A DNA stretch of 56,859 nucleotides from an uncultured Gammaproteobacteria bacterium. GTDB lineage: Bacteria; Patescibacteriota; Patescibacteriia; UBA1544. This document shows, piece by piece, positions 44,511 through 53,393 of the stretch. The DNA is taken from positions 1 through 56,859 of the forward strand of contig CAZZDA010000001.1 in assembly GCA_964652585.1 (NCBI GenBank), written 5' to 3'. How positions within the stretch are numbered: the stretch's first letter is position 1; the number at the start of each line of letters is the position of its first letter. A model generated the notes under the pieces. The model was not told the origin of the DNA. It made no database searches and saw nothing but the letters and a program-made list of their open reading frames with translations. The position numbers and the translations under genes were made by a program.

Positions 44511-46085
44511 TTATACAACTTCCTGTGAAGCTAGTGCGGTGCGATTGCGCTTCCAGCTTTCCATGCGGTTGAGCGCGTTCACATAGGCATTAGCTGACGC
44601 AATCACGATATCAGTACTGGAACCTTGTCCGGTAATTACTCTTTCAGGGTGTACATCGGGAGAATGTTGTTCTGCAATTTTAACCATTACCTCGGCCTGA
44701 GCATCCGTACCGCTGGTGATCGCCTTGACCACATACGCCTTGAGCACGGCACTACTTTCCACAATCTCCTTGATGGCGTGAAAACAAGCGTCCACCGGTC
44801 CATCACCGTTTGACGTCACTTCCAACTCTTCGCCTTCCACTTTCATACGAACAGTGGCCGTGGGTTGCATCTCCGAACCCGAGCGCGTATCCACAAAAGT
44901 GAGAGTGAAATAATCCGACTTGCGGTGTACCACCTCATTAACTACCGCTTCCACATCTTCGTCAAACACGTACTTCTTCTTGTCGCACAGACTCATAAAA
45001 CGTATGTATGCATTTTCTATCTGCCCTTTATCAAGAACATGGCCAAGTTCCATCAGCTTATCAGTGAAGGCGTGACGGCCGGAGTGCTTACCCAAAACGA
45101 TAGTGCTGCTTGGCTGTCCGATTGATTCCGGAGTCATAATCTCATAGGTAGCCCGGTGCTTGAGTACCCCGTCCTGATGAATACCTGCTTCATGGGCAAA
45201 TGCATTAGCGCCAACTATGGCTTTATTTGCCTGCACAACCATTCCGGACATCTCAGACACCAGCCTTGAGGTATGGTAGATCTCTTGGATATTAACTGCG
45301 GTAGTAAATGGGAAGAAATCTGCTCGGGTGCGCAACGCCATCACCACCTCTTCCAAAGAGGCGTTGCCGGCCCGTTCACCAAGACCATTCACCGTGCATT
45401 CCACCTGACGAGCACCAGCCTGAATAGCCGCCAAGGAATTGGCAACAGCTAATCCAAGATCATTGTGGCAATGAACGGAGATTATCGCATTGTCAATGTT
45501 GACCACCTTTTCCTTCAGTGTACGAATCAGCCGGTAGAACTCCTCGGGTACCGTATACCCAACCGTATCCGGAATGTTGATTACTTTCGCACCAGCATTG
45601 ATCACCGCCTCAACCACCTCGCACAGATAGACAACATCAGTGCGCGCCGCGTCCTCGGGGGAGAATTCAACGTTGTCCGTGAGGCTCGCCGCCAGCTCCA
45701 CCATCTTCGCTGCCTGAACAAGCGCGGCTTCACGGCTCATGTGTAGCTTGTGTTCTAGATGGAGATTGGAAGTCGCCAAGAAGGTGTGGATGCGCGGATG
45801 CTCAGACAGCTGCACCGCCTCCCACGCCCGATGAATATCTCCTTCCCGCGCTCGTGCCAAAGCAGCAATCTGTGGACCATCTATCTCACCGGCTATACGC
45901 TGGACGGCGTCAAAATCGCCGTCAGAGGCAATAGGGAAACCCGCCTCGATAATATCAACTCCGAGCCGTACGAGCCGATGAGCAACACGCAACTTCTGGC
46001 CGGTATTCATGGAAGCGCCGGGCGACTGCTCCCCATCTCGCAAAGTAGTGTCAAAGATGTCAACCTTTTCCTGTTGTGTTGTCAT
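44511..46085 (-). CDS. leuA: 2-isopropylmalate synthase (LeuA/CimA family, with C-terminal LeuA-dimer regulatory domain)
   Basis: IFDTTLRDGEQSPGASM, HCHNDLGLAVANSLAA, HEAGIHQDG, and a C-terminal ACT-like domain. Confidence 0.9.
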   Translation of the reverse strand: MTTQQEKVDIFDTTLRDGEQSPGASMNTGQKLRVAHRLVRLGVDIIEAGFPIASDGDFDAVQRIAGEIDGPQIAALARAREGDIHRAWEAVQLSEHPRIHTFLATSNLHLEHKLHMSREAALVQAAKMVELAASLTDNVEFSPEDAARTDVVYLCEVVEAVINAGAKVINIPDTVGYTVPEEFYRLIRTLKEKVVNIDNAIISVHCHNDLGLAVANSLAAIQAGARQVECTVNGLGERAGNASLEEVVMALRTRADFFPFTTAVNIQEIYHTSRLVSEMSGMVVQANKAIVGANAFAHEAGIHQDGVLKHRATYEIMTPESIGQPSSTIVLGKHSGRHAFTDKLMELGHVLDKGQIENAYIRFMSLCDKKKYVFDEDVEAVVNEVVHRKSDYFTLTFVDTRSGSEMQPTATVRMKVEGEELEVTSNGDGPVDACFHAIKEIVESSAVLKAYVVKAITSGTDAQAEVMVKIAEQHSPDVHPERVITGQGSSTDIVIASANAYVNALNRMESWKRNRTALASQEVV

Positions 46086-46316
46086 AACTCTCTCCTCTAG
46101 TGTGTGTTACAACGAAAACTTCTGTTCGCTATTCTATTGTCAAGGTACTAAAGGAACATCTGAAAAACTCCGAAGTTGCTCTTTTTTATTATTTTTCCCT
46201 TCAACTTCTTTATCAAAAAGCTAAAAATACTCTGCATTTCCACGATTTTCGCTTCATCGTTGAAGAAAAAAATCTCTAAAAATTAGCACATCCGTAGTTT
46301 TTCAGATATTCCTAAA

Positions 46317-46344
46317 CTAAAAAACCACCCTTCTCTTGGGTGGC
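46317..46344 (-). terminator. intrinsic terminator/attenuator between the leader ORF and leuA
   Basis: Minus strand reads GCCACCCaagagaaGGGTGG followed by TTTTTTAG. Confidence 0.6.
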
Positions 46345-46367
46345 AAACCTTTTGTATTTTCTTTCTA

Positions 46368-46460
46368 TCAACTAGTTTGATACATACGAAAACGAGCCAC
46401 CCGTAAAGGCAGTAACAACAATGAAGCTAGCAATAAATTGTGTCGGTTAGCTTGTTTCAT
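46368..46460 (-). CDS. candidate Leu-rich leader peptide (30 aa) MKQANRHNLLLASLLLLPLRVARFRMYQTS
   Basis: The ATG is about 10 nt after a TATAAT box. 8 of codons 9-19 are Leu. An attenuator hairpin lies downstream and leuA follows. Confidence 0.45.
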   Translation of the reverse strand: MKQANRHNLLLASLLLLPLRVARFRMYQTS

Positions 46461-46470
46461 ATATAATCCC

Positions 46471-46498
46471 ATTATAGACGTTTTTGATGTATTGTCAA
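46471..46498 (-). promoter_or_regulatory. near-consensus sigma70 promoter (TTGACA, 16-nt spacer, TATAAT)
   Basis: Minus strand reads TTGACAatacatcaaaaacgtcTATAAT. Confidence 0.5.
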
Positions 46499-46510
46499 TG
46501 CACCTGCAAC

Positions 46511-46546
46511 TAAAAATCCTCAAGGAATACCTTGAGGATTTTTTTG
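46511..46546 (-). terminator. bidirectional intrinsic terminator after the M16 peptidase gene
   Basis: ATCCTCAAGG-aata-CCTTGAGGAT flanked by an A tract and a T tract. Confidence 0.75.
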
Positions 46547-46566
46547 TAAAATAAACAGATACTCTA

Positions 46567-47841
46567 CTACTTCGCAACAGCAATCAGTTTTTTAAACGGC
46601 TTAGTGTTTTTGTACGGCCCGATCATGGCAAGTGTGAGGCGAGCAGGAATCATCACTTTTTTTGCCACTTCCTGAATATCCGCAAGCGTTACTTTTTCCA
46701 ACTGCTTCATTTTTTGTTCCGGGGTCAATACTTTCTTTGTTAAAAGCGCTTGTTTCGCAAACCACTCCGCCAAAGCGGAAGAGTCTTCCAGCGCTAATAT
46801 CATTTTACCCGCATAGTATTGCTTCGCTTTTTTAAGTTCTGCTGCGGTTACACCTTTTTCTCTCACCTGATAAAGCTCTTTTAAGATGAGTTCTAACGCC
46901 GGTATAATACGCTTGCTATCAAGACCCGCATGCACTTCAAAATTACCCCTGTCTTCATACACGGTCATACCTGCTCGTATCAGATAGCACAATCCCTTAC
47001 GCTCACGCACGCGAATAAAGAGACGCGAGCTCATGTTCCCACCCATAATAGTGCTCAAGAGCTGCAAAGCGGGAAGCTGTGAGCTGGTGTAACCAAACGC
47101 GGGCCAGCCGAGCATCACTTGTGTTTGATTTGTATCTCTATAAAGACATTTCACTCGGGGATTTTTTTGATCTACCGTAAAAGGTTTATATGTCCGCAAC
47201 TTCTTTTGTATTGTGTTTTTGTTTCCAAAATACTGCTCTACTTGCTTTTCAATGTCATCCGTTATTTTCCCTCCAATCGCTAGCACCGCATTATGTGGCT
47301 GATAAAAATGATTCTTATAGGCAAGCATTTTTTCTCGCTGCATGGTGTCCACGGTCTTTTCCGATCCTGCAATATTCCATCCCAAAGTTGAGCCGGAAAA
47401 CATTGCGCTTTCAAAAATATCTCCTATATACATAAGCGGATTGTCTTCGTACATGCGAATCTCTTCTTTAATAACTCCGCGCTCTCTATCAAGTTCTTTT
47501 GCGTCAAACTTTGATCGATAAAGCATATCTGAGAGCATGTCCAATGCCAATCCTATTTTTGGTGCGGCGACTTTAATGTAGTAGCCCGTATGATCCTTGC
47601 CAGTAAACGCATTAAATTCCGCGCCAACACTATCAAGCTCTTTTGATATTGCAAGAGTGTTGGGACGCTTCTTTGTTCCCTTGAACATCAAGTGCTCCAA
47701 GAAATGCGAAACTCCATTTAAAGATTTCGTTTCATAGCGCGAACCAACTTTGTAGAGTATAAGCACCGTTACTGCCGCGGTATCTTCGCGAGGCACCACA
47801 ACTGCCCGCATGCCGTTTTTGAGTTGAAATCTCTTATACAT
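46567..47841 (-). CDS. M16 (pitrilysin) family zinc peptidase
   Basis: HFLEHLMFKGT inverted zinc motif (HxxEH). Confidence 0.85.
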   Translation of the reverse strand: MYKRFQLKNGMRAVVVPREDTAAVTVLILYKVGSRYETKSLNGVSHFLEHLMFKGTKKRPNTLAISKELDSVGAEFNAFTGKDHTGYYIKVAAPKIGLALDMLSDMLYRSKFDAKELDRERGVIKEEIRMYEDNPLMYIGDIFESAMFSGSTLGWNIAGSEKTVDTMQREKMLAYKNHFYQPHNAVLAIGGKITDDIEKQVEQYFGNKNTIQKKLRTYKPFTVDQKNPRVKCLYRDTNQTQVMLGWPAFGYTSSQLPALQLLSTIMGGNMSSRLFIRVRERKGLCYLIRAGMTVYEDRGNFEVHAGLDSKRIIPALELILKELYQVREKGVTAAELKKAKQYYAGKMILALEDSSALAEWFAKQALLTKKVLTPEQKMKQLEKVTLADIQEVAKKVMIPARLTLAMIGPYKNTKPFKKLIAVAK

Positions 47842-47848
47842 ATTTATC

Positions 47849-48469
47849 TTATTTTTTTAAGAAAAAGAGTAGCAACACCGTGGCAATGATTAAAAGACCT
47901 CCAAGTACAAAAGGTAGTAAAGGTAGTTTCAATGCGGCGTCGTCGTCATCGTCATTGTATGTAGTATTGTTTTCGCTGTTCTCCATCTTACTATCACTAG
48001 TTCCGCGGTTATCAATACCACTTATTGATTCTTCGAGATTGTATGCAACAAATGTATTGTTATATTGTATCAGTTGAACCGTGCCGCTAATTCTATCCCC
48101 TTGTTCAAAGATATCTCCCTGCTTGGCAAGTAATTGATCTAACACTATTTCATTATTCTCATTAAGTTGAAATTGATTTTTATAAGAATTTGGGCCATCT
48201 GCCGGCCCTTCACTCGGCACGCAGGAAAGTGATTCTATATATACGGAAAGTACATATCGCGCACCCCTTTCAGGTACAAAGGCGCCTACCGGGCAGTTAT
48301 TATCTTTAACACACGGGTCTTCAAAGGCTTCATGAAAACTCGCTGAGATGATAGTTCCCTCAATATCACACGATCCGGTCGCATCAAATGCAACACGAGA
48401 TGCAGACACAGAGCCGCTTACTGCCAGTAATAAAACACCGACTGAAAAAGCAAGGAGTATTTTTCTCAT
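47849..48469 (-). CDS. secreted hypothetical protein with C-terminal TM anchor
   Basis: Signal peptide ending VSASR, Cys-containing domain, poly-Asp stretch, hydrophobic C-terminus. Confidence 0.6.
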   Translation of the reverse strand: MRKILLAFSVGVLLLAVSGSVSASRVAFDATGSCDIEGTIISASFHEAFEDPCVKDNNCPVGAFVPERGARYVLSVYIESLSCVPSEGPADGPNSYKNQFQLNENNEIVLDQLLAKQGDIFEQGDRISGTVQLIQYNNTFVAYNLEESISGIDNRGTSDSKMENSENNTTYNDDDDDAALKLPLLPFVLGGLLIIATVLLLFFLKK

Positions 48470-48537
48470 AGAAGTAAGAAGAAATTAATTTGCCGGCTTA
48501 CGAAGTCCTTTGAACTTCGTAAGTCAAAATATTAAGA

Positions 48538-49950
48538 TTATAGCTTGAACTTGTCACTAAAATAATTTTCAATATCTGCAATAGCAATTCTCTCTTGCTC
48601 CATTGTGTCCCGATCGCGTACCGTTACCTTGTTATCCTCCAGTGAATCAAAATCTACCGTTACGCAATAAGGCGTGCCAATTTCATCTTGCCGGCGGTAA
48701 CGTTTACCAACCGATCCTGTTTCATCATATTGTACCGTCAAATTTTTTCGCAAAGTATCCGCTATACCACGCGCTTCTTTTGCAAGCGGTTCTTTTTTGG
48801 ACAAAGGCAAAACCGCAACTTTTATCGGCGCTATATTTTTATTCAAACGCAAAACCACTTCCGCTTCTTTCACGCTTTCTGTTGTAGTCGTACGTCCGCC
48901 GGTAACCTCTTCATATGCTTCCAGCAGTACCATAAGCACAGTTCTGTCCACGCCAAAGGTTGGCTCAATAACATGCGGAATGTATTTTTCGCCGCTGACC
49001 GGATCGGTATAGCGCATATCTTCACCGCTTTCTTTCATGTGGTTTTGCAGATCAAAATCCGTACGATACGCCAAACCGTATAATTCTTTCCATCCAAAAG
49101 GAAAATTATACTCAAAATCAATGGTTCTTTTGGAGTAGTGCGACAATTCTTCTTGTGTATGTTCACGAACCTGAATATTTTTCTTGCTTATCCCAAGATC
49201 AACAATCCATGCCGCCATTTCTTTCTCCCACGACGCAAACACTTTTTTCCAATCTTCTTTGGGATTGATAAAATATTCAATTTCCATCTGTTCAAATTCC
49301 AACGTACGAAATATAAAATTTCCCGGCGTGATCTCATTACGAAATGCTTTGCCAATCTGTCCAATGCCGAATGGCACGCGCATGCGTGAAGCTTGTTGCA
49401 CGTTCTTAAAATTGACGAACATTCCTTGCGCTGTTTCACCGCGCAAGTAGACAATTGACTTATCTTTTTCTACCTTGCCAATACTTGTTTCAAAAAGAAG
49501 ATTGAAGTTGCGAGCTTCCGTAAACTCAGTTGCGCCGCACGATGGGCAGACAATATGATTGCTCTCAATAATTTGTGTGAGCTCATCTGGTGTTTTTCCC
49601 TCAACGCTCTTTTTAATTACATCTTCAACTAAGTGGTCTGCGCGAAACCGCGCTTTGCATTTTTTACAATCCACTTGTGCATCCGCAAAATTCGCAACAT
49701 GTCCTGACGCTTCCCATACACGAGAATTCATAAAGATCGCTGCGTCCATGCCCACCATATCACCCCGGCCTTGTACAAACCGCTCCCACCACAAACGCTT
49801 GATATTATTTTTGAGCTCAATACCCAGCGGTCCATAGTCCCACGTATTGGCAATACCTCCATAAATCTCGGACGAAGGAAATATAAAACCGCGCCGCTTG
49901 GCGAGCGACACGAGCTGTTGCAATGAAACTTGTGTAGCTTTCTTTGCCAT
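48538..49950 (-). CDS. glyQS: glycine--tRNA ligase (homodimeric GlyQS type)
   Basis: RRGFIFPSSEIYGG..WDYGPLG, class II motifs, C-terminal anticodon-binding domain. Confidence 0.9.
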   Translation of the reverse strand: MAKKATQVSLQQLVSLAKRRGFIFPSSEIYGGIANTWDYGPLGIELKNNIKRLWWERFVQGRGDMVGMDAAIFMNSRVWEASGHVANFADAQVDCKKCKARFRADHLVEDVIKKSVEGKTPDELTQIIESNHIVCPSCGATEFTEARNFNLLFETSIGKVEKDKSIVYLRGETAQGMFVNFKNVQQASRMRVPFGIGQIGKAFRNEITPGNFIFRTLEFEQMEIEYFINPKEDWKKVFASWEKEMAAWIVDLGISKKNIQVREHTQEELSHYSKRTIDFEYNFPFGWKELYGLAYRTDFDLQNHMKESGEDMRYTDPVSGEKYIPHVIEPTFGVDRTVLMVLLEAYEEVTGGRTTTTESVKEAEVVLRLNKNIAPIKVAVLPLSKKEPLAKEARGIADTLRKNLTVQYDETGSVGKRYRRQDEIGTPYCVTVDFDSLEDNKVTVRDRDTMEQERIAIADIENYFSDKFKL

Positions 49951-49953
49951 ACA

Positions 49954-51033
49954 CTAAACGGAATTTTCTTCAATTTTTTTAAGATCTTTATTACCGCCAA
50001 AAAAATCATGAATTAAAACACTAACCGCAGTTGCAACCGGCACGGCAATCAGGGCGCCAAATACAAAGTGACCGGATTGCGCTCCCAATTTTGCACCAAT
50101 AAGCAATACCACAATCGTTACAATTGGCGAGAAGCCAACCGCTTTTTGCATGATCTTAGGAGCCAAAACATTATTTTCCACTTGCTGAACAACAATATAA
50201 ACGATCAATACCGCAACAAACGCGAAAAGAGACTGGGTGGAAGCAAAGAAGAGCGCGGGAATAGCGGCAAAAATTGGCCCTAAGACCGGTACAATTTCAA
50301 AAAGACCTGCCAATAACGCCAAAAGCAGCGCATACTTCACCTGTAGGATCAGCAACGCAACAAGCGTAAGAATAAAAATGGATATCATGAGCAATACCAT
50401 GCCCTTGAGCCATCGCCCAATTTTTAGCTGCATGCGATCGGTAACATCTGTTATGTATTTTTGGTAACGTTCCGGTACAATTTGAATAAGGCTCCTGCGC
50501 ATCACACCCTCATCAATCACCATGTAGAAACTTAAGACCAAAATAAGCAGGAGCGACGCAAAACCGCCAAAAATACCCGCAAGCACGCCAAAAATGTTTT
50601 TAAATGCCGCACCTCCTACCGTTCCCAGTGACTGACTCCATTCCTGAAGGGATACGAGCAGACCACCGTTTTGTTCGGTGCCAATCAGCTGTGCTATCGT
50701 CTGATCAAATCGTTCAAGAAGTACCGGGAGCTCATGCGCAAGCTCCGCCACCTCATTAGCCACCGCCGGAACCAGCAATATAAAGGTGAGCACCATGACA
50801 CCAATAAGACCAATATAGATGATGAGCGCCCCCGCAACGCGCGGTATAGCCCGCCGATGCAAAGCCGAAACCAACGGCTCAATAGCAGATGCCAATACAA
50901 TAGAGATAAACAACAAAATAATAATATCTCGTATAATATAGAGTACCGCTAACCCCGCTACAAAAATAAGCAGCTTTATGAGCATAATATTTGAAATTTG
51001 TATGTTAACCGAATTTGCTTTGTTTCCGAGCAT
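49954..51033 (-). CDS. AI-2E family transporter (PerM/UPF0118)
   Basis: 8 TM helices. The FEIVPVLGPIFAAIPA motif is typical of this family. The start is uncertain. Confidence 0.75.
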   Translation of the reverse strand: MLGNKANSVNIQISNIMLIKLLIFVAGLAVLYIIRDIIILLFISIVLASAIEPLVSALHRRAIPRVAGALIIYIGLIGVMVLTFILLVPAVANEVAELAHELPVLLERFDQTIAQLIGTEQNGGLLVSLQEWSQSLGTVGGAAFKNIFGVLAGIFGGFASLLLILVLSFYMVIDEGVMRRSLIQIVPERYQKYITDVTDRMQLKIGRWLKGMVLLMISIFILTLVALLILQVKYALLLALLAGLFEIVPVLGPIFAAIPALFFASTQSLFAFVAVLIVYIVVQQVENNVLAPKIMQKAVGFSPIVTIVVLLIGAKLGAQSGHFVFGALIAVPVATAVSVLIHDFFGGNKDLKKIEENSV

Positions 51034-51094
51034 AGAGTAGAGTATGTTGTACAAATAGTGCCATGTGAAGGCACGTGTAGTATAATAGAGATAT

Positions 51095-51649
51095 ATGCAA
51101 AAGTCAAAAAAACACTCATCAACGCTCGCGGTTAATAAGCGAGCCCATTATGACTTCGATATTCTGGAAACATTTGATGCCGGTTTAGTGTTGACCGGAT
51201 CTGAAGTAAAAGCCGTCAAAAATGGTCATATTAAGATCGTTGAAGCATATATTACCCTCAAAAACACTTCTCTTCCGGCAAAAAAACAGCCTGCGACAAA
51301 AAAAGAAAAAAAGGTGACTATGTCCGCACGTACAAAAACCGAACTTTATCTGACCAATGCCTATATTTCTCGTTATAAACCGGCAGGTCCTGACCTTTCC
51401 TATGACCCAACACGCCCGAGAAAGCTACTTCTCCATAAAAAAGAAATAGCCACTCTTGCCGGAAAAAAGACCCAGAAAGGGTTGACAATGGTGCCTTTAA
51501 AGGTGTATACTAGTCGGGCTCTTGTGAAAGTTACTTTTGGTCTTGCCCGAGGAAAAAAGAAGTATGATAAGCGGCAAGCTCTCAAGGAGCGCGAAATAAA
51601 GAAGCGTATCACAAGCGTTCTTCGACAAGGGGATGAAGGGCTTCGATAG
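51095..51649 (+). CDS. smpB: SsrA-binding protein SmpB (with Lys-rich internal insertion)
   Basis: NKRAHYDFDILETFDAGLVLTGSEVK, YDPTRPRKLLLHKKEI, GLARGKKKYDKR. Confidence 0.9.
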   Translation: MQKSKKHSSTLAVNKRAHYDFDILETFDAGLVLTGSEVKAVKNGHIKIVEAYITLKNTSLPAKKQPATKKEKKVTMSARTKTELYLTNAYISRYKPAGPDLSYDPTRPRKLLLHKKEIATLAGKKTQKGLTMVPLKVYTSRALVKVTFGLARGKKKYDKRQALKEREIKKRITSVLRQGDEGLR

Positions 51650-52032
51650 GAAGTTCCCTTGAGTACGTGCACTTTCGAGCACGAAGCGCTGCTCGTTACT
51701 ATGCGTTTCATCATCTAAGTGCAAAATCATTTGCCAGCAAGGCACGCACTGCATTTGCTCGCGCATTCGCAGTACCAGCCTTCGCACCAGCTCTCGCTTA
51801 AATAATGCCAGAGCCGTCTCTCTTCTGCTCTCGGGGCTGAAGAGTCAGGCGTCATATTCCCGAGGTAGGTATGTGCTTCCCGTCTGAGAGCATATACCGA
51901 AATCTTCCAGACAAACGTGAGAATTTCTGTTGTCCATTATAAGGTTCTCATGTCGCGACAATGGACTATAAAGTGTAGTATCGTGCTCAATGTACTTGCT
52001 AGACGCGGGTTCAACTCCCGCCATCTCCACCA
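51629..52032 (+). ncRNA. ssrA: tmRNA (SsrA), one-piece
   Basis: 5' GGGGATGAAGGGCTTCGATAGG and 3' GACGCGGGTTCAACTCCCGCCATCTCCACCA form an acceptor stem with a G3:U70 pair. The internal tag frame ends ..AFAVPAFAPALA-TAA (stop 51799..51801). It is adjacent to smpB. Confidence 0.85.
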
Positions 52033-52094
52033 GTACCAACTAACAACCAATAACTTATAACCCACCGCATTAGTATAGGTGGAGAAATGAGATA

Positions 52095-52661
52095 ATGCGT
52101 AGAACATATCGTAAACGATTTCGTAGACAGGCACCTGAAAAAACATTTCGGGTAAATCGTCAGATCCGTGCACCGGAAGTTTCCATTATTGATGAAAGTG
52201 GAACATCGCTTGGGTCAATGGAAACCGCAAAAGCGCTTGAGCTTGCTCAAGAACGTGGCTTTGATCTCGTTGAAGTATCTCCCCTTGCCAAACCTCCGGT
52301 GGTAAAATTTTTAGACTTTGGCAGTTTCAAGTACCAGGAAGAAAAAAGAAGACAGAAAGCGCGGCTGCAGCAAAAAGAAAAACAGGTAGAGGTGAAAGCC
52401 GTACGCCTTACATTCCGCATAGGCGATCATGATACGGCAGTACGAAAAAAAGCGGCTTTAAAGTTTTTAGAAGAAGGCGATAAAGTAAAAATTGAAATGA
52501 ACCTTCGCGGAAGAGAGCATCGCCATACCGATCTTGCCAAAGAAAAAGTCAATGATTTTATTAAAGAAATTAATGAAGAAATTTCTGTGACAACAGAACA
52601 AGCAGTTGCTAAACAAGGAGGAAAGCTCCTCGCCATTATTCACAAACAGACCGCTTCATAA
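52095..52661 (+). CDS. infC: translation initiation factor IF-3
   Basis: RVNRQIRAPEVSIIDESG..LVEVSP..PPVVKFLDFGSFKY. Confidence 0.9.
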   Translation: MRRTYRKRFRRQAPEKTFRVNRQIRAPEVSIIDESGTSLGSMETAKALELAQERGFDLVEVSPLAKPPVVKFLDFGSFKYQEEKRRQKARLQQKEKQVEVKAVRLTFRIGDHDTAVRKKAALKFLEEGDKVKIEMNLRGREHRHTDLAKEKVNDFIKEINEEISVTTEQAVAKQGGKLLAIIHKQTAS

Positions 52662-52683
52662 ATACACTCATACATATTGCCAT

Positions 52684-52878
52684 ATGAAAATGAAAACACA
52701 TAAAGCCATTGCAAAACGTATTTCTATCACAAAAAAAGGAAAGATGAAAAAACGCACTGCTGGTCAAGACCACTTCAATGCACGAGAAACCGGTAAGGTA
52801 GGCTCAAACAAAAAACGCTCTTCAACACTCTCTAAAGTGCATGCAAAAAATATAAAACGGCTTTTACCGTATAACTAA
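52684..52878 (+). CDS. rpmI: 50S ribosomal protein L35
   Basis: MKMKTHKAIAKRISITKKGKMKKR. Position matches the infC-rpmI-rplT order. Confidence 0.9.
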   Translation: MKMKTHKAIAKRISITKKGKMKKRTAGQDHFNARETGKVGSNKKRSSTLSKVHAKNIKRLLPYN

Positions 52879-52962
52879 TCAAAATTACCATTACAACCAT
52901 TCAAATTATAAATAGAACGTTATTTGTTATTTGGATTTTGACATTTGGGATTTTTTAACATT

Positions 52963-53313
52963 ATGCCTCGAGTAAAACGCGGAACCGTGCGCACCAAAAA
53001 AAGAAAAGCGCTGCTTTCCAAAACAAAAGGGTACAGATGGGGACGTAACAGTCTTGTTCGCGCCGCAAAAACCGCGGTTAAAAAAGCTGGGCAACATGCC
53101 TTTCGCGATCGCCGCAACAAAAAACGCACGATGCGTGCGTTGTGGAATGTGCGCCTGAATGCCGCTGTACGCGAAGAAGGTATGACCTATTCCACCTTTA
53201 TACACGCACTCAAAAAAGCTAATATCGCGCTGGATAGAAAAGTCTTAGCGCATTTAGCAGCCGACAAACCGGCAGTATTTAAGAAAATTGTTGCACAAGT
53301 AAAGTCCAGCTAA
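52963..53313 (+). CDS. rplT: 50S ribosomal protein L20
   Basis: [28 protein letters not shown]. Confidence 0.95.
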   Translation: MPRVKRGTVRTKKRKALLSKTKGYRWGRNSLVRAAKTAVKKAGQHAFRDRRNKKRTMRALWNVRLNAAVREEGMTYSTFIHALKKANIALDRKVLAHLAADKPAVFKKIVAQVKSS

Positions 53314-53343
53314 AGATCTACAATTCTCAAATTACAAGCAGAA

Positions 53344-53376
53344 ACCCGACTCTTGAAGATAGAGTCGGGTTTTTTA
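53344..53376 (+). terminator. intrinsic (bidirectional) terminator
   Basis: ACCCGACTCT-tgaagat-AGAGTCGGGT followed by TTTTT. Confidence 0.8.
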
Positions 53377-53393
53377 GTATTTTTATTGTGTTC

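Noticed and set aside
46380-46470. T-box riboswitch upstream of leuA, suggested because GGGTGGC resembles the T-box core GGGTGGTACCGCG.
   Set aside because: Only about 65 nt lie between the promoter and this sequence. That is too short for Stem I with a specifier loop, and no AGAGA/GA-motif or ACCGCG continuation is present. The Leu-rich leader ORF explains the region better.
51400-51787. Minus-strand ORFs of 96-104 aa overlapping smpB and the tmRNA.
   Set aside because: They are antisense to two well-supported features and have no independent support.
52923-52947. The TTGACA inside the rplT-upstream motif as a -35 box of a promoter for rplT.
   Set aside because: The only -10-like hexamer at proper spacing overlaps the ATG itself. 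Transcription would then start inside the coding sequence. The parB copy also has TTGAAA instead.
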